Numbered from the stretch's first letter, positions 1 to 12,834 are shown. The stretch is 63,025 bases of DNA from an uncultured Alphaproteobacteria bacterium (GCA_902605135.1 CACLBK010000003.1:1-63025); one strand, 5' to 3'. Made by a program: numbers and translations. The notes: generated from the sequence alone by a model not told the origin.

Positions 1-2
1 CT

Positions 3-182
3 GTATTAGGAGAGATAGTTGCTAAAGATAAAAATGCTTATAAGTATTTGAGTGAAAGCATTGATTTATTTCCTTCACAAGAAGAGCTTAGTAAGAATCT
101 AATTGATTATGGATTTACGAAAGTTGAGACTATTAATCTATTCAATGGAATTGTAGCTATACATACTGGTTATAAACCGTAA
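3..182 (+). CDS. ubiE: Ubiquinone/menaquinone C-methyltransferase UbiE, 3' end only (runs off window)
   Basis: Manual translation of frame 3 gives VLGEIVAKDKNAYKYLSESIDLFPSQEEL...NLFNGIVAIHTGYKP*, the typical UbiE C-terminus (AY.YL.ESI..FP, G.VAIH.G.K). The stop overlaps the coaBC ATG. Confidence 0.85.
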   Translation, partial: VLGEIVAKDKNAYKYLSESIDLFPSQEELSKNLIDYGFTKVETINLFNGIVAIHTGYKP

Positions 183-1351
183 TGAAAAAAATTTTAATCA
201 TAGTAACTGGCTCTATTGCAGCATCTCGATGTAAAGATATTATTACTTTGCTGAATATTAATGAAGTTAAAATTAGCTGCATTCTCACTAAAGAGGCAAA
301 GAAATATGTAAAAATATCAGATATAAAAAAATTACTTAAAAATAGAATATTTACTGATGAAGATGAGAAAAAAAATAAGATGCTTCATATAAATTTATCA
401 AGAGATAATGATATAATAGTTGTGTGTCCAGCTACAGCTAATTCTATTGCAAAGTTTGCTAATGGATATGGAGATAATTTAGCCTCTAATACGTTACTTG
501 CTTCAAGTAAAAAAATTTTGTTTATCCCTGCAATGAATAGCTTTATGTGGCATAATAAAATTAATCAGAAAAATGTGAGATTATTAAAAGATAGTGGTCA
601 TGAGTTTATTGGACCAAAAGTTGGAAATCTAAAATGTGGAGAATTTGGTTTAGGTAGAATTGATAACTCAAAAAATATAGTAAATAAAATTTTAAGCAGA
701 TTAGAAAATATTAATTTATTAAAAGATAAAAAATGCCTAGTAACAGCAGGACCAACAATTGAAATGATTGATCCAGTTAGGTTTATTTCAAATCAATCTT
801 CAGGGAAACAAGGTTATGAAATTGCTTCACAACTTGTTTTATATGGAGCGAATGTAATCTTGGTATCTGGACCAACAAATTTAGACCCTCCACCAAATTT
901 GAAATTTATTCAAATAAAATCTGCAAACGAAATGTATCAGAAAATTAGAAAAATTTCTAAAATTGATATAGGAATTTTTACTGCTGCAGTATCAGATTTC
1001 AAAAATAAAAATATCAATAAATCCAAGATTAAAAAAAATGAAAAATTAAAAATTAGTCTTTGTAAGAATATTGATATTTTAGAAAAAATTGGAAAAAGTA
1101 AAACTCAAAGACCTAAATATTTAGTAGGTTTTGCAGCTGAAACAGGAAGCATTAATAATGCCAAAAAAAAATTAGTAGAAAAAAAATGTGATATGATTGT
1201 TTACAATAAAATAGATAGTAAAAATAAAGTTTTTGGTTCAGATTATAATCGAATATCAATAATTACAAAAAACCAGATAAAAAAATTTAAAAAAATGACA
1301 AAGGTAAATTGTGCAAAGCAAATTATAGAACAAATTTATAATACTATATAG
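182..1351 (+). CDS. coaBC: Bifunctional phosphopantothenoylcysteine decarboxylase/ligase
   Basis: TGSIAA, PATANSIAK, PAMN and LKCGEFGLGR in the decarboxylase half; VTAGPT.E.IDPVRFISN.SSGKQG and VGFAAET in the ligase half. Confidence 0.95.
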   Translation: MKKILIIVTGSIAASRCKDIITLLNINEVKISCILTKEAKKYVKISDIKKLLKNRIFTDEDEKKNKMLHINLSRDNDIIVVCPATANSIAKFANGYGDNLASNTLLASSKKILFIPAMNSFMWHNKINQKNVRLLKDSGHEFIGPKVGNLKCGEFGLGRIDNSKNIVNKILSRLENINLLKDKKCLVTAGPTIEMIDPVRFISNQSSGKQGYEIASQLVLYGANVILVSGPTNLDPPPNLKFIQIKSANEMYQKIRKISKIDIGIFTAAVSDFKNKNINKSKIKKNEKLKISLCKNIDILEKIGKSKTQRPKYLVGFAAETGSINNAKKKLVEKKCDMIVYNKIDSKNKVFGSDYNRISIITKNQIKKFKKMTKVNCAKQIIEQIYNTI

Positions 1352-1355
1352 AGTT

Positions 1356-2108
1356 ATGAATAATTACTCTGAAGAAGAATATAAAATTTTTAGCAGACTA
1401 TTTATTTTAAGCGAATTTTCAGAAGAAAACCTAAAAAAATTATCTAACATAAAAATTGGTATTGTTGGTATGGGAGGTATAGGATGTCCTTTAAGTCAAT
1501 ATTTAGTAAACTCTGGAATTAAAGAATTATTAATAATAGATGGAGACATTGTTGAAAAAAGTAATCTTAATAGACAAATTTTGTTTAATTTAAATGATAT
1601 TGGGAAAAAAAAGGTTGATGTCGCAAAATACAAATTAAAGTTAATCAATCCAGAGTGTAAAATTAATATTATTGATGAAAATATTCATTCTTTAAATTTA
1701 AATTCTTTAAAAGAATGTTCTATAATTGTTGATGCAACTGATGATTGGTTCAGCTCTAAATTATTAAATGAATATTGTCTTAAAAACTCAATCAATTTTT
1801 TATATTCCTCTGCATTAAGACATGATTTGCAAATAATTCTCTTCAATAATTCAAATAAAAATAATCATCTATGTTTAAATTGTATATTTCCTAACAAAGA
1901 TGATGTTGATCTTCCTAGATGTAGTGTAGTGGGTATTTCAGGCATTTCTGCAGGGTTAGCAGGTTTGATTGCTGCACAAAAAATAATTAATTATTATTTA
2001 AATTTAAATGATGAAACTAATATAATGACAATTTCTGATGGAAAAAAATTAAGTATTGATAATATTGTTATTAAAAGTAAACATGATTGTTACTTAAATT
2101 CAGTTTAA
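1356..2108 (+). CDS. ThiF/MoeB/HesA family adenylyltransferase
   Basis: VGMGGIG nucleotide-binding loop, D.VEKSNLNRQ, DATD, CLNC, C...G. MoeB versus ThiF cannot be decided. Confidence 0.85.
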   Translation: MNNYSEEEYKIFSRLFILSEFSEENLKKLSNIKIGIVGMGGIGCPLSQYLVNSGIKELLIIDGDIVEKSNLNRQILFNLNDIGKKKVDVAKYKLKLINPECKINIIDENIHSLNLNSLKECSIIVDATDDWFSSKLLNEYCLKNSINFLYSSALRHDLQIILFNNSNKNNHLCLNCIFPNKDDVDLPRCSVVGISGISAGLAGLIAAQKIINYYLNLNDETNIMTISDGKKLSIDNIVIKSKHDCYLNSV

Positions 2109-2147
2109 GTTAATTGATAAATACATAAAAAAAGTTTAATTTAAATT

Positions 2148-2654
2148 ATGAAACAAAATTCATTTACCTACGATCAATTAATTGATTGTGCAAAAGGTGT
2201 CCTATTTGGAAAAGGGAATGCTCAACTTCCAATGCCTCCTATGTTAATGTTTGATAGAATAACTTCAATAAATGAGAATGGTGGAATATTTTCTAAAGGT
2301 GAAGTTATTGCAGAATTAGATATTAAAGAAGACTTATGGTTTTTTGAATGTCATTTTAAAGATGATCCGGTAATGCCAGGTTGTTTAGGTTTGGATGCTA
2401 TGTGGCAATTACTTGGTTTTTATTTAGGATGGCTTGGCCAACCAGGGAAAGGTAGGGCTTTAGGAGTTGGTGAGGTTAAGTTTACCGGTCAAGTATTACA
2501 AAAAGTCAAAAAAGTAACTTACCATATATCTCTTAAAAGACTTATACTGAGAAAATTAATTTTAGGAGTTGGAGATGGTGTTTTAAAAGCTGACGGTGAG
2601 ACAATTTATGAAGCTAAAGATATGAAAGTCGGTTTATTTTCACCTGAGAATTAA
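2148..2654 (+). CDS. fabA: 3-hydroxydecanoyl-ACP dehydratase/isomerase
   Basis: [37 protein letters not shown]. Confidence 0.97.
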   Translation: MKQNSFTYDQLIDCAKGVLFGKGNAQLPMPPMLMFDRITSINENGGIFSKGEVIAELDIKEDLWFFECHFKDDPVMPGCLGLDAMWQLLGFYLGWLGQPGKGRALGVGEVKFTGQVLQKVKKVTYHISLKRLILRKLILGVGDGVLKADGETIYEAKDMKVGLFSPEN

Positions 2655-2656
2655 TA

Positions 2657-3874
2657 ATGAATAGAGTTGTAGTAACAGGTTTAGGTATCGTATCATGCAT
2701 TGGTAATAGTCAATCAGATGTTATAGACAGTCTTAAAAATTTAAAATCTGGGATTACAAGTGCAGAAGAATATGAGGAGTTTTCTTTTAGAAGTCTTGTA
2801 CATGGTAAACCAAACATAGATATTAGCAACCAAATAGATAGAAGATTACTCAGGTTTATGGGTGATGGAGCAGCATATAACTATATTGCAATGAAAGATG
2901 CTATAGAAGATTCAGGCTTAGAGGATAGTGATATTTCAAATGAAATGACTGGAATTATTGTTGGTTCAGGAGGTCCATCTACACAAAATTTATTTAAGTC
3001 TTCTGAAATTGGAAAGAGTGTAGGTTCAAAAAAAATTGGGCCATTTATGGTACCAAGAGCAATGTCTAGTACAAATTCTGCAACTCTTGCGACTCCTTTT
3101 AAAATTAAAGGAGTTAACTATTCAATTACTTCAGCATGTTCTACAAGTTCACATTGTATTGGTAATGCATACGAACTAATTCAGATGGGAAAACAAAATA
3201 TTGTTTTTGCTGGTGGGGGTGAGGAGCTCCATTGGACTTTATCAATTTTATTTGATGCAATGGGTGCTTTGTCATCAAAATATAATTCTACTCCAAACAA
3301 ATCTTCAAGGGCATATGATGCAGATAGAGATGGTTTTGTAATTGCTGGTGGAGGTGGAACTTTAGTACTTGAAGAATTAGAGCATGCAAAAGCTAGAGGT
3401 GCTAAAATATATGGTGAAATAACAGGATATGGAGCAACGTCAGATGGATATGATATGGTTCAGCCTTCTGGAGAAGGAGCAGAAAGATGTATGAAGCAGG
3501 CGTTAAAAAATATTGATAGTAAGATTGATTATATAAATACACATGGAACAAGTACTCCAATTGGAGATGTAAAAGAATTAGAAGCAATCAAAAATGTATT
3601 TGGTTTAAATATTCCAAAAATGAGCTCGACAAAATCTTTAACAGGACATTCCTTAGGGGCGACTGGTGTGCATGAAGCAATTTATAGTTTATTGATGATG
3701 AAAAATAATTTTATTAGTGGTTCTGCTAATATTGAAAAGCTTGATGATAGTGCTAAGGACTGTAATATTCTTTTAAAAACCGAAAATGATTTAGAAATTG
3801 AGCATGTTATGTCAAATAGTTTCGGTTTTGGTGGTACAAATGCAACATTAGTATTTTCAAAATATCATGCTTAG
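2657..3874 (+). CDS. fabB: Beta-ketoacyl-ACP synthase I
   Basis: [30 protein letters not shown]; follows fabA. Confidence 0.96.
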   Translation: MNRVVVTGLGIVSCIGNSQSDVIDSLKNLKSGITSAEEYEEFSFRSLVHGKPNIDISNQIDRRLLRFMGDGAAYNYIAMKDAIEDSGLEDSDISNEMTGIIVGSGGPSTQNLFKSSEIGKSVGSKKIGPFMVPRAMSSTNSATLATPFKIKGVNYSITSACSTSSHCIGNAYELIQMGKQNIVFAGGGEELHWTLSILFDAMGALSSKYNSTPNKSSRAYDADRDGFVIAGGGGTLVLEELEHAKARGAKIYGEITGYGATSDGYDMVQPSGEGAERCMKQALKNIDSKIDYINTHGTSTPIGDVKELEAIKNVFGLNIPKMSSTKSLTGHSLGATGVHEAIYSLLMMKNNFISGSANIEKLDDSAKDCNILLKTENDLEIEHVMSNSFGFGGTNATLVFSKYHA

Positions 3875-4640
3875 AAATAAAAAGGGTTTAGTATTTGGTA
3901 TTGCAAATAATCATTCAATTGCATGGGGAATTGCGAAACAGCTTGCTGATAATGGTGCTGAAATAGCCATTGGTTATCAAAACGAAATATTATTGAAGAG
4001 AGTAAAACCACTTTCTGAAAAAATTAATTCAAAAATACTGATAGAATGTGATTTCAATAATGATGACTCAATAAATAAATCTGTAGAAATTATAAGAAAA
4101 AAATGGGGTAAAATTGATTTTATAATCCATGCTGTTGCATTTGCAGATAAATCAGAATTAAATGGTAGATATGTTGATACTACGAAGGATAATTTTATTA
4201 ATTGTTTGGAAATATCATGTTTTTCATTAACTAGTCTTGCAAGAAGTTATGAACCTATAATGAATGATGGAGGAAGTATTCTAACCCTTACTTTTTACGG
4301 CTCAAATAAAGTGATACCAAATTATAATTTAATGGGAATTGCAAAAGCCGCTTTAGAAACAAGTGTAAAATACTTGAGTGTGGATTTAGGTACAAAAAAT
4401 ATTCGTGTGAATGCAATATCAGCAGGACCTATGAGAACTATTGCTGGTGCAGCAATAAATAATGCTAGAGAGGTGTTTAAATTTACTGAAGAACATTCAG
4501 CATTGAAACGAAATGCGCAACTAGATGAAATTGGTAAATCTGCTTTATACTTTGTTAGTGATTTATCTTCTGCAGTTACTGGTGAAATACATTATGTTGA
4601 CTGTGGTTACAATATTATTGGAATGCCAAGTAAACTTTAA
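3867..4640 (+). CDS. fabI: Enoyl-ACP reductase
   Basis: [34 protein letters not shown]. Confidence 0.96.
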   Translation: MLRNKKGLVFGIANNHSIAWGIAKQLADNGAEIAIGYQNEILLKRVKPLSEKINSKILIECDFNNDDSINKSVEIIRKKWGKIDFIIHAVAFADKSELNGRYVDTTKDNFINCLEISCFSLTSLARSYEPIMNDGGSILTLTFYGSNKVIPNYNLMGIAKAALETSVKYLSVDLGTKNIRVNAISAGPMRTIAGAAINNAREVFKFTEEHSALKRNAQLDEIGKSALYFVSDLSSAVTGEIHYVDCGYNIIGMPSKL

Positions 4641-5392
4641 AATTTTCCAAATAAATCTCTAGGATTATCAATAAAAATACTATCTACACCTAATGAGAAA
4701 ATCTCTTTAGCGTTAGATAAATTTATATTTTTATCTGAATAAACAGTAATTGACATATTAGATTCTTTAATTTTTTTAATAATATCAGTTGATACAAGAT
4801 CTATATTTAATCCACAAATTTTTAAATCATTATTAATTGATAAATTAATTAAATCATCAATATTATTTTCTTTAAAATCATCTAATAGAAAACTTCGAAA
4901 AGATTGAGGGTAAAGTTTTGAAATTTCTAAAATAGAAATCATATCAAATGATGAGAAAAAAATATCTATTTGATGAATATTTTTTGTAAGTCCGTAAATT
5001 TGAAGAGTATTTTCTTTTTCAAAATTTTTATTGGGTTTTAATTCAATATTTAAATTACTATTATTGTTAATACATAGACTTAAGACATCTTCTAATTTTG
5101 GAATAAAGATATTTGTGTTTTTTTTATAAAAAAATTTTCCCGCATCAAGTTTTTTTATATTCTCATAATCATAATCAATTGCAAGTCCTCTCCCATTTGT
5201 AGTTCTATCCAACTTGTCATCATGTAATAAAATTGGAATTTTATCTTTGGAAATCTTTACGTCGATTTCTACAAAGGTTAGGCCTAATTCTAATGCCATA
5301 GCAATAGATTCTAAAGTGTTTTCTGGACACAGATCTTTTACACCTCTGTGTCCAATTAATTTTGGTAATTTAAGCGTTTTCTTCTGCGTCAA
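4637..5392 (-). CDS. Glycerophosphodiester phosphodiesterase (UgpQ/GlpQ family)
   Basis: IGHRG..PENT, E.DV.ISKD, HD..LDRTTNG, NIELK. Confidence 0.92.
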   Translation of the reverse strand: MTQKKTLKLPKLIGHRGVKDLCPENTLESIAMALELGLTFVEIDVKISKDKIPILLHDDKLDRTTNGRGLAIDYDYENIKKLDAGKFFYKKNTNIFIPKLEDVLSLCINNNSNLNIELKPNKNFEKENTLQIYGLTKNIHQIDIFFSSFDMISILEISKLYPQSFRSFLLDDFKENNIDDLINLSINNDLKICGLNIDLVSTDIIKKIKESNMSITVYSDKNINLSNAKEIFSLGVDSIFIDNPRDLFGKF

Positions 5393-7463
5393 CTGCTTTC
5401 ATAGAAAGTTTTATTTTTCCTCTTGAATCGATATCCAGTACTTTTACTTTAACCATATCTCCTTCACTAATAACATCTTCAACTTTCTCCACTCTTTCAT
5501 TTTTTAATTGACTAATATGAACTAGTCCATCTGTAGATCCCATGAAATTAACAAAAGCACCAAAGTCCATTATCTTTATAACTTTACCATCATAAATTTT
5601 TCCAATCTCTGGCTCTTCAACAATACCTTTGATCCATTCTAATGCATCATTTCCAGATTTTTGATCTACAGCTGCAATACTCACTAAACCTTCATCATTA
5701 ATTTCAATTTTAGCTCCAGTTGTTTCAGATATTTCTCTAATAACTGCTCCTCCCTTACCAATAACCTCTCTAATTTTATCTTTGTTTATTTGAAGATTAG
5801 TTATTGTTGGTGCGTATTGTGAAATTGATTTTTTTGGTTTATCAATTGCCTTAGCCATTTCGCCTAATATATGGAAGCGTCCATCTTTAGCTTGAGCTAA
5901 AGCTTCTTTCATTATTTCAGGCGTTATGCTTGTTATCTTAATATCCATTTGAAGAGATGTAATGCCTTCTGAAGTTCCGGCTACTTTAAAATCCATATCT
6001 CCCAAATGATCTTCATCTCCTAAGATATCTGACAAAATTACATATTTATCATCTTCTTTAATTAACCCCATCGCAATTCCAGCCACTGGTCTTTCTAGTG
6101 GTACACCTGCATCCATTAAAGACATAGATGTGCCACACACAGTTGCCATTGAGCTAGAGCCGTTTGATTCTGTAATCTCAGAGACAACTCTATAAGTGTA
6201 TGGAAATTTTTCGTTTGATGGCAACATTGGATGTATTGCTCTCCATGCTAGTTTTCCATGACCAATTTCTCTTCTACTAGTTGAACCAACTCTACCGACT
6301 TCTCCAACTGAGTATGGTGGAAAATTATAGTGAAGCATAAAATTTTCAGTATATTCTCCATCAATAGCATCAATTCTTTGCTCATCTTGACCAGTGCCTA
6401 AAGTTGATACAACAATTGCTTGCGTTTCTCCTCTGGTGAATAATGCTGATCCATGTGTACGTTCAAGTATACCTGTTTCACAAACAATTGGTCGAACAGT
6501 TTTTGTATCTCTTCCATCAATTCTTTTACCCGTATTAATTAGCTCTCCTCTAACAATATCTTTCTCAACGTTTTTGATAGCATCAGCTATTATTACTGCT
6601 GATAGTGTTTCAGATGTATATTTTTCAGAAATTGAATTTCTAATAGAAGATAATTGATCTGATCTCTTTTGTTTTTCTATTATTTTATATGCTTCTATAA
6701 AATCATTACCAAACTCACTACTAATATTTGTTGGTAGGTTTTTAATCTCATCTTCTTTTTCTTTTAATTCCCATGGTTCTTTTGCTGCTTTTTTTGCTAG
6801 AGCTATAATTGCATCAATTACTGCTTTGTAACTATCTTGCCCAAGAACAACAGCATCTAACATCTGTTTTTCTGAGAGTTCATGTGCTTCAGACTCAATC
6901 ATTAAGACACCCTCTTTTGTTCCTGCTAGTACTAACTCTAGTTTTGTATTAGCTAATTGACTTTTTGTTGGGTTAACAACAAACTCATCATCAATAAAAC
7001 CAATTTTTATTGCACCTAATGGCCCTAAAAATGGTAATCCAGATAATGTCAATGCTGCACTTGCAGCAACTAGCGCTACTACATCTGAGTCATTTTCTTG
7101 ATCATGTGATAAAACTGTACATGTAACTTGAGTTTCATTTTTGAAATCTTTGTGAAATAATGGTCTAACAGGTCTATCAATTAGACGGCAGACTAAAGTT
7201 TCTTTTTCAGTAGGTCTAGCTTCTCTTTTAAAAAACCCGCCTGGAATTTTACCTACTGAGTAATATTTTTCCTGATAGTTTACAGTTAGTGGAAAAAAAT
7301 CAATATCTGGTTTTGCTTCTTTTGCCGCCACTACATTTGCCATAACTGTAGTTCCGCCATAAGTGGCTAATACCGTTGCATCAGCTTGTCTTGCTATCTT
7401 TCCAGTTTCTAGTTTAAGTTTTCTACCTGCCCATTCAATTTCTACATTTTTTACATCAAACAT
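5370..7463 (-). CDS. pnp: Polyribonucleotide nucleotidyltransferase (PNPase)
   Basis: [32 protein letters not shown]-terminal KH and S1 domains. Confidence 0.99.
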   Translation of the reverse strand: MFDVKNVEIEWAGRKLKLETGKIARQADATVLATYGGTTVMANVVAAKEAKPDIDFFPLTVNYQEKYYSVGKIPGGFFKREARPTEKETLVCRLIDRPVRPLFHKDFKNETQVTCTVLSHDQENDSDVVALVAASAALTLSGLPFLGPLGAIKIGFIDDEFVVNPTKSQLANTKLELVLAGTKEGVLMIESEAHELSEKQMLDAVVLGQDSYKAVIDAIIALAKKAAKEPWELKEKEDEIKNLPTNISSEFGNDFIEAYKIIEKQKRSDQLSSIRNSISEKYTSETLSAVIIADAIKNVEKDIVRGELINTGKRIDGRDTKTVRPIVCETGILERTHGSALFTRGETQAIVVSTLGTGQDEQRIDAIDGEYTENFMLHYNFPPYSVGEVGRVGSTSRREIGHGKLAWRAIHPMLPSNEKFPYTYRVVSEITESNGSSSMATVCGTSMSLMDAGVPLERPVAGIAMGLIKEDDKYVILSDILGDEDHLGDMDFKVAGTSEGITSLQMDIKITSITPEIMKEALAQAKDGRFHILGEMAKAIDKPKKSISQYAPTITNLQINKDKIREVIGKGGAVIREISETTGAKIEINDEGLVSIAAVDQKSGNDALEWIKGIVEEPEIGKIYDGKVIKIMDFGAFVNFMGSTDGLVHISQLKNERVEKVEDVISEGDMVKVKVLDIDSRGKIKLSMKAVDAEENA

Positions 7464-7485
7464 AATTTCTATTCTTCCTCTTTTA

Positions 7486-7755
7486 TTATCCTCTAATATT
7501 TAGCTTTTTAATTAACTCTGAGTATTCAGACTTATTTTTTTTAGATAAGTAATTTAATAATTTTTTTCTTTTATTAACCAAAGCAACCAAACCCCTTTTG
7601 GAATGATTATCTTTGTTATGTGATTTAAAATGTTCAGTTAAATTTTTTATTCTTTCTGTTAAAACTGCTATCTGAACACCTGTTGATCCAGTATCTTTAT
7701 CATTTTTAGAAAATTCATTAATAAGATTTTTTTTATTTTCTTTAGTTATCGACAT
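7486..7755 (-). CDS. rpsO: 30S ribosomal protein S15
   Basis: [18 protein letters not shown]...KD.HS.RGL. Confidence 0.98.
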   Translation of the reverse strand: MSITKENKKNLINEFSKNDKDTGSTGVQIAVLTERIKNLTEHFKSHNKDNHSKRGLVALVNKRKKLLNYLSKKNKSEYSELIKKLNIRG

Positions 7756-7763
7756 CAGTTCTC

Positions 7764-8669
7764 CTATATTAATATTTTATTTGGTTTAAACAAATTACCA
7801 TCTAATTTGCCTATTGAGACTATGTCTCCATTTTTAAATAAAAAAATATTTTTTTTATCTAAGTTGATTGATGAAGAATTAATAATTTTTTTTTCATCAA
7901 TCTTAATAGATCTCCCAAAAGATAAATTATTAATATCCAGTTGTTCTTCAATTTCATAAGCCAAGATGTCGTCCAGCATAGAGATTGATGGGGAAATACA
8001 ATTAATTTCTTTTTGCCTTTGTCTTATTTTAAGAAGATCGTCCAGTAAAATCGATGTTTTTTCATTAAATTTACCTACTTTTGACCTTTTTAATGAAGAA
8101 ATATGTCCATATGTTTTTAGATCTAATGCAAAATCACGAGCAAAACTTCTAACATAAAAACCTTTACCACACAAAATTTTAAATGATGTATTGTATGTAT
8201 TATGCTCAGTGATATTTAATTTTTCAATAAAAACTTTTTTTGACTCAATGGTAAATTTTTCATTTTCTCTAAATAATTTATAAGCTCTTTGACCATTGAT
8301 TTTAACTGCAGAAACTTTTGGCGGTATCTGATTAATATAACCTAAGTAACTATTAATTTTTTTTTCTATTTCTATTTTTGTGGGAAAATAATTTGACTCA
8401 AATATAATTTTGCCTTGTGAGTCATCTGTTGTTGTTTGGCTTCCCCAAGTTATAGTGAACTCATATTCTTTTTTCATAATATTAATATATGGAATTAGCT
8501 TTGTTGCTTTTCCTATAGCAATAGGCAATATACCTTCAGCCATAGGATCTAAAGTGCCTGCATGACCAATTTTTTTAATTAAAAAATTTTTTTTTATAAA
8601 ATTGATTGCTTTAAAAGAAGTAATATTTTTAGGTTTATATAAATTTATCCAACCTTGTTTTGGAATCAT
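7764..8669 (-). CDS. truB: tRNA pseudouridine(55) synthase
   Basis: [23 protein letters not shown]; operon position. Confidence 0.96.
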   Translation of the reverse strand: MIPKQGWINLYKPKNITSFKAINFIKKNFLIKKIGHAGTLDPMAEGILPIAIGKATKLIPYINIMKKEYEFTITWGSQTTTDDSQGKIIFESNYFPTKIEIEKKINSYLGYINQIPPKVSAVKINGQRAYKLFRENEKFTIESKKVFIEKLNITEHNTYNTSFKILCGKGFYVRSFARDFALDLKTYGHISSLKRSKVGKFNEKTSILLDDLLKIRQRQKEINCISPSISMLDDILAYEIEEQLDINNLSFGRSIKIDEKKIINSSSINLDKKNIFLFKNGDIVSIGKLDGNLFKPNKILI

Positions 8670-9034
8670 TGCTTAATATCTCTTAAGACATTTTTGTTTA
8701 ATAAAAGATTTTCAATTTTTTCTGCTTCATCAAATGTGTCATCTAAATAAAAGGAGAGCTTAGGTGTAAATTTTGAATTAATTTTTGCTTTAGAAAGAAA
8801 CTTCTGAAAAATATATTTTCTATCTTTCAAAATATCTAAAATTTCTGATTTATCTTTACCGCCAAGAGGCATAAAGTATACGTTTGCAATTTTTAAATCC
8901 TTAGACATTCTAACAAATGATATTGTAATAGATGCAGAATTAATATTTTCATCAAAAAAATCTTCTTTTAGTAAACAATCACTTAATAAGGACCTTATCA
9001 GTTCACCAAATCTTATTTGCCTCTGCGTATCCAT
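8666..9034 (-). CDS. rbfA: Ribosome-binding factor A
   Basis: V.MS.DL..A.VY, P.L.F..D; lies between infB and truB. Confidence 0.92.
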   Translation of the reverse strand: MDTQRQIRFGELIRSLLSDCLLKEDFFDENINSASITISFVRMSKDLKIANVYFMPLGGKDKSEILDILKDRKYIFQKFLSKAKINSKFTPKLSFYLDDTFDEAEKIENLLLNKNVLRDIKQ

Positions 9035-9046
9035 TGTAAAAAAACA

Positions 9047-11287
9047 TTATAACTTTCTACTTGTAGTAACTTCTTCAAATGTTTCAATAATATCACCTAC
9101 TTTTATATCACTATAATTGTCTAACATTACACCACACTCAAAACCTGACTTAACTTCAGATACTTCTTCCTTAAATCTTTTTAAACTGCTAATTTGTCCT
9201 TTATGAATTACGATGTTATCTCTAAGAATTCTAATTTGGGATTTTCTAGAAATGAGACCATCTTTAACCATACACCCTGCAATATTCCCAACTTTTGATA
9301 TATTAAATACCTCTCTAATCTCAACATTACCTGTGATATTTTCTGAAATATCAGGTTTTAGTAAACCAGATAAAAGATTTTTTACATCATCAATAAGCTC
9401 ATAAATAATTGAATAGTATTTTATATCTACACCATCTCTTTTTGCTGTATCTCTTGCATGCGGTAGTGCTCTTACATTAAAACCAACAATAAAACCTTTT
9501 CCAGAACCAGCTAAAGCAACATCACTCTCAGTAATTGCGCCTACGCCTTTATAAATAACATTCACTTTAACTTCATCAGTTGAAAGTTGAATTATTGAAT
9601 TTTCAATTGCTTCAGCAGAACCTTGAACATCTGTTTTAATTACTACTGGAAGACTTGTTGCTTCGCCTTTATTAATTTGGGCAAACATTTCTTCAACATT
9701 AGATTTAACAACTGTATTTTTTTGAATTTGTAGCTTACTTGATCTAAATTCTGCAATTTTACGGGCAATACTTTCGTTTTCAACTACAATAAAGTCATCA
9801 CCAGCTAAGGGGTTAGAATCAAATCCTAGAACTTCAACCGGCACAGATGGTTCAGCTTGTTTTATATTTTTACTTTTATCGTCAATTAAAGCTTTAACTT
9901 TTCCCCACTCAGACCCTGATACAAAAATATCACTTACCTTTAGTGTTCCTTTTTGCACTAGGACTGTTGCTACTGAACCCCTACCTTTTTCAAGTTTAGA
10001 TTCAATTACTGACCCTCTTGCTTTTCTATTAGGGTTAGCTTTGAGATTAAGAATATCTGCTTGTAAATGAATTGCTTCTTCTAATTTATCTAAATTTGTT
10101 CCTTTAGTTGCTGATACCTCAATATCTAAAACTTCACCACTTAATTTCTCAACAATTACTTCATGACTTAGTAATTCATTTCTTACTTTATCAGGATCAG
10201 CTCCAGGAAGATCAATTTTATTAATAGCTACAATTATTGGGACTTCAGCTGATTTTGCATGAGCAATTGATTCAATTGTCTGAGGCTTAATTCCGTCATC
10301 AGCAGCCACAACAAGTATGACTATGTCCGTTGTTTTAGATCCTCTAGCTCTCATATTTGAGAAAGCTGCATGACCAGGAGTGTCAATAAATGTAATTTTT
10401 TTATTATTATTATTGATTTGATAAGCACCAATATGCTGTGTGATACCGCCTGCCTCACCAGATACTACGTTACTTTCTCTAAAGGCATCAAGCAAAGAAG
10501 TTTTGCCATGATCAACATGCCCCATGATTGTTACTACTGGAGCTCTTTTTATAAGATTTTCTTCTTGGTCTTCAAAATCTTTAATGTCATTTAACACATC
10601 ATCATCTTTAACGACAGTTACCTTATGACCCAATTCTTCTGCAACTAATTGAGCTGTATCAGACTCTAAAGATTGAGTTGCATTTGCCATAACACCCATT
10701 TTCATAAGAACTTTAACTAAGTCTGCAGTTTTTTCTGCCATTCTGTTTGCTAAATCTTGAACAGTTATAAAATCAGGGATAGAAATTTCTCTAGATATTT
10801 TACTCTCATCTTCATCATTAACTGATTTTAATCTTTCTTTTTCTCTAGCTCTTTTTATTTTAGCTAAACTTGGAAATTTATCAAATTCTTGTTCTTCTTG
10901 CTCTAGTATTTTTTTTGCATCAGACTTACTAAAATCATCCTCAAGAGGTCTAAGAGTTGATTTTTTTTGTTGGGTTTTTTTATCTATGTTTTTTTTATTT
11001 TTATTCTCAAAGCTTCTAGTTTTATTGGGAGAAGAAAAGTTTAGTTGAGGAGAAGAATTTAAACCCGGTCTGGGTGTTCTTAAACTAGATGATCCCCTAA
11101 AATTAGACTGAGTTGTAGATGAACTTTTTTGCTGATTATTTTTATTTTTAAAAACAATCTGAATTGTTTTTTTGCTACCACTGCTTCTTGATTTATCTCC
11201 AGCTGGTCCAAGATTCTTTCTTATTTGTAATCTTCCTGATGAAGATAATTTTAGTGGTTTTTTCTTGTTACCTTTATCTTTATCCAA
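9047..11287 (-). CDS. infB: Translation initiation factor IF-2 (TTG start)
   Basis: GHVDHGKTSLLD, DTPGHAAF, NKID, SLKRFK..V.EV..G.ECG. Confidence 0.98.
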   Translation of the reverse strand: MDKDKGNKKKPLKLSSSGRLQIRKNLGPAGDKSRSSGSKKTIQIVFKNKNNQQKSSSTTQSNFRGSSSLRTPRPGLNSSPQLNFSSPNKTRSFENKNKKNIDKKTQQKKSTLRPLEDDFSKSDAKKILEQEEQEFDKFPSLAKIKRAREKERLKSVNDEDESKISREISIPDFITVQDLANRMAEKTADLVKVLMKMGVMANATQSLESDTAQLVAEELGHKVTVVKDDDVLNDIKDFEDQEENLIKRAPVVTIMGHVDHGKTSLLDAFRESNVVSGEAGGITQHIGAYQINNNNKKITFIDTPGHAAFSNMRARGSKTTDIVILVVAADDGIKPQTIESIAHAKSAEVPIIVAINKIDLPGADPDKVRNELLSHEVIVEKLSGEVLDIEVSATKGTNLDKLEEAIHLQADILNLKANPNRKARGSVIESKLEKGRGSVATVLVQKGTLKVSDIFVSGSEWGKVKALIDDKSKNIKQAEPSVPVEVLGFDSNPLAGDDFIVVENESIARKIAEFRSSKLQIQKNTVVKSNVEEMFAQINKGEATSLPVVIKTDVQGSAEAIENSIIQLSTDEVKVNVIYKGVGAITESDVALAGSGKGFIVGFNVRALPHARDTAKRDGVDIKYYSIIYELIDDVKNLLSGLLKPDISENITGNVEIREVFNISKVGNIAGCMVKDGLISRKSQIRILRDNIVIHKGQISSLKRFKEEVSEVKSGFECGVMLDNYSDIKVGDIIETFEEVTTSRKL

Positions 11288-11289
11288 TT

Positions 11290-12828
11290 TTAATCCTTAT
11301 TTTGTTCTTCAGACCAGAAACTTCTTGCTTCCATTATCATATTGTTTGCAATTTCTTCATCAAGATCTAATTCTTTTAAAATTCCTTCATCTTTATCAAT
11401 AAGTTCAAATGTAGCTAAATCAGCAAAATCATTAACATTAAGAATATTTGATTTTACAAGTTTTGCTAAAATACCATTATTCATACCCTTCAAATTTTTT
11501 AATTTTTCATCATTAATATTTTCTTCTATAAGTTTTTTATCTGACTCCTCTTTATCTTTTATAAAATTTTTAGATCTATCTATTATTTCCTGGGCTAGGG
11601 TTGAATCAAAACCTTCTATTTTTTCTAAATTTTCTAAAGTTTCTAAAGCTATGGACTCAACAGTTATATATCCATCAGTAACAAGCAACTGAGCAATAAC
11701 ATCTTCAACATCAAGAGATTCAGCTAACAAAATACTTTTTTCTTTAAATTCTTGTTGTCTTCTTTCAGACTCTTCATCTTCAGTTAGTATGTCTATTTCT
11801 AAACTAGTTAAATTGGAAGCTAATTTTACATTTTGACCTTTTCTTCCTATTGCTAAACTCAGTTGATCATCAGGTATTACTACCTCTACTTTATTTTTTT
11901 CTTCATATAAGAAAATTTTGCTTACTTCAGCCGGAGCAAGTGCATTTGCTAAGAAAGTAGCTTGATTATCTGACCAAGTTACAATATCTATTTTTTCTCC
12001 TTGTAGTTCGTTAACGACAGCTTGTACTCTTGAACCTCTCATACCAACACAAGCACCAACTGGATCTATAGTAGAGTCTTCAGTAAAAACACTAATTTTT
12101 GCTCTTGAGCCTGGATCTCTTGCTACACTTTTAACGGTAATTACCCCTTCATAAATTTCTGGAACTTCTTGAAAGAACAATTTGGATAAAAATTGAGGGT
12201 GTGTTCTTGATAAGAAAACTTGATATCCCTTAACATCATTTTTTACTTCATATATGTACGCCCTTACTCTGTCTCCATTTTTAAATGTTTCTCTTGGAAT
12301 AAGCTCTTCCCTTTTAATTATTGCTTCACTTTTACCTAAATCTATAATTAGATTTCCAAATTCAGTTCTTTTAACAATACCAACTGCTATTTCACCAATT
12401 TTATCTTTATATTCTTCATATTGATTAGATTTATCTGCTTCTCTTACTTTTTGAATAATTACTCCTTTTGCATTTTGTGCTGCAACTCTACCCAATTCAA
12501 TTGGAGGTAATTCCTTTGTGATGAATTCACCTAAATTGATGTCTGAGTTAGTTTTTTTTGCATCTTCTAAAAGAATTTGTCTAGATTGTAATTCTTCATC
12601 AATAGTTTCAACTACTTCAAGATATGAATTTAACTTAATATTACCTGTAGCTCTATCTATTGAAATTCTTATATCTATTTCTTGACCGTATTTAACCCTA
12701 GCAGCCTTTTCTAATGCTTGTTCCATTGCTGAAAAAACTGCATCTTGATCTATATTTTTTTCTTGAGCCACATTAGATGCAACTTGAAGCATTTCTTCTC
12801 TAATTACATTATATTTTTTTTTTGCCAT
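11290..12828 (-). CDS. nusA: Transcription termination/antitermination factor NusA
   Basis: ARDPGSRAKI, DPVGACVGMRGSRV, SLAIGRKGQNV. Confidence 0.98.
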   Translation of the reverse strand: MAKKKYNVIREEMLQVASNVAQEKNIDQDAVFSAMEQALEKAARVKYGQEIDIRISIDRATGNIKLNSYLEVVETIDEELQSRQILLEDAKKTNSDINLGEFITKELPPIELGRVAAQNAKGVIIQKVREADKSNQYEEYKDKIGEIAVGIVKRTEFGNLIIDLGKSEAIIKREELIPRETFKNGDRVRAYIYEVKNDVKGYQVFLSRTHPQFLSKLFFQEVPEIYEGVITVKSVARDPGSRAKISVFTEDSTIDPVGACVGMRGSRVQAVVNELQGEKIDIVTWSDNQATFLANALAPAEVSKIFLYEEKNKVEVVIPDDQLSLAIGRKGQNVKLASNLTSLEIDILTEDEESERRQQEFKEKSILLAESLDVEDVIAQLLVTDGYITVESIALETLENLEKIEGFDSTLAQEIIDRSKNFIKDKEESDKKLIEENINDEKLKNLKGMNNGILAKLVKSNILNVNDFADLATFELIDKDEGILKELDLDEEIANNMIMEARSFWSEEQNKD

Positions 12829-12834
12829 AGTTAT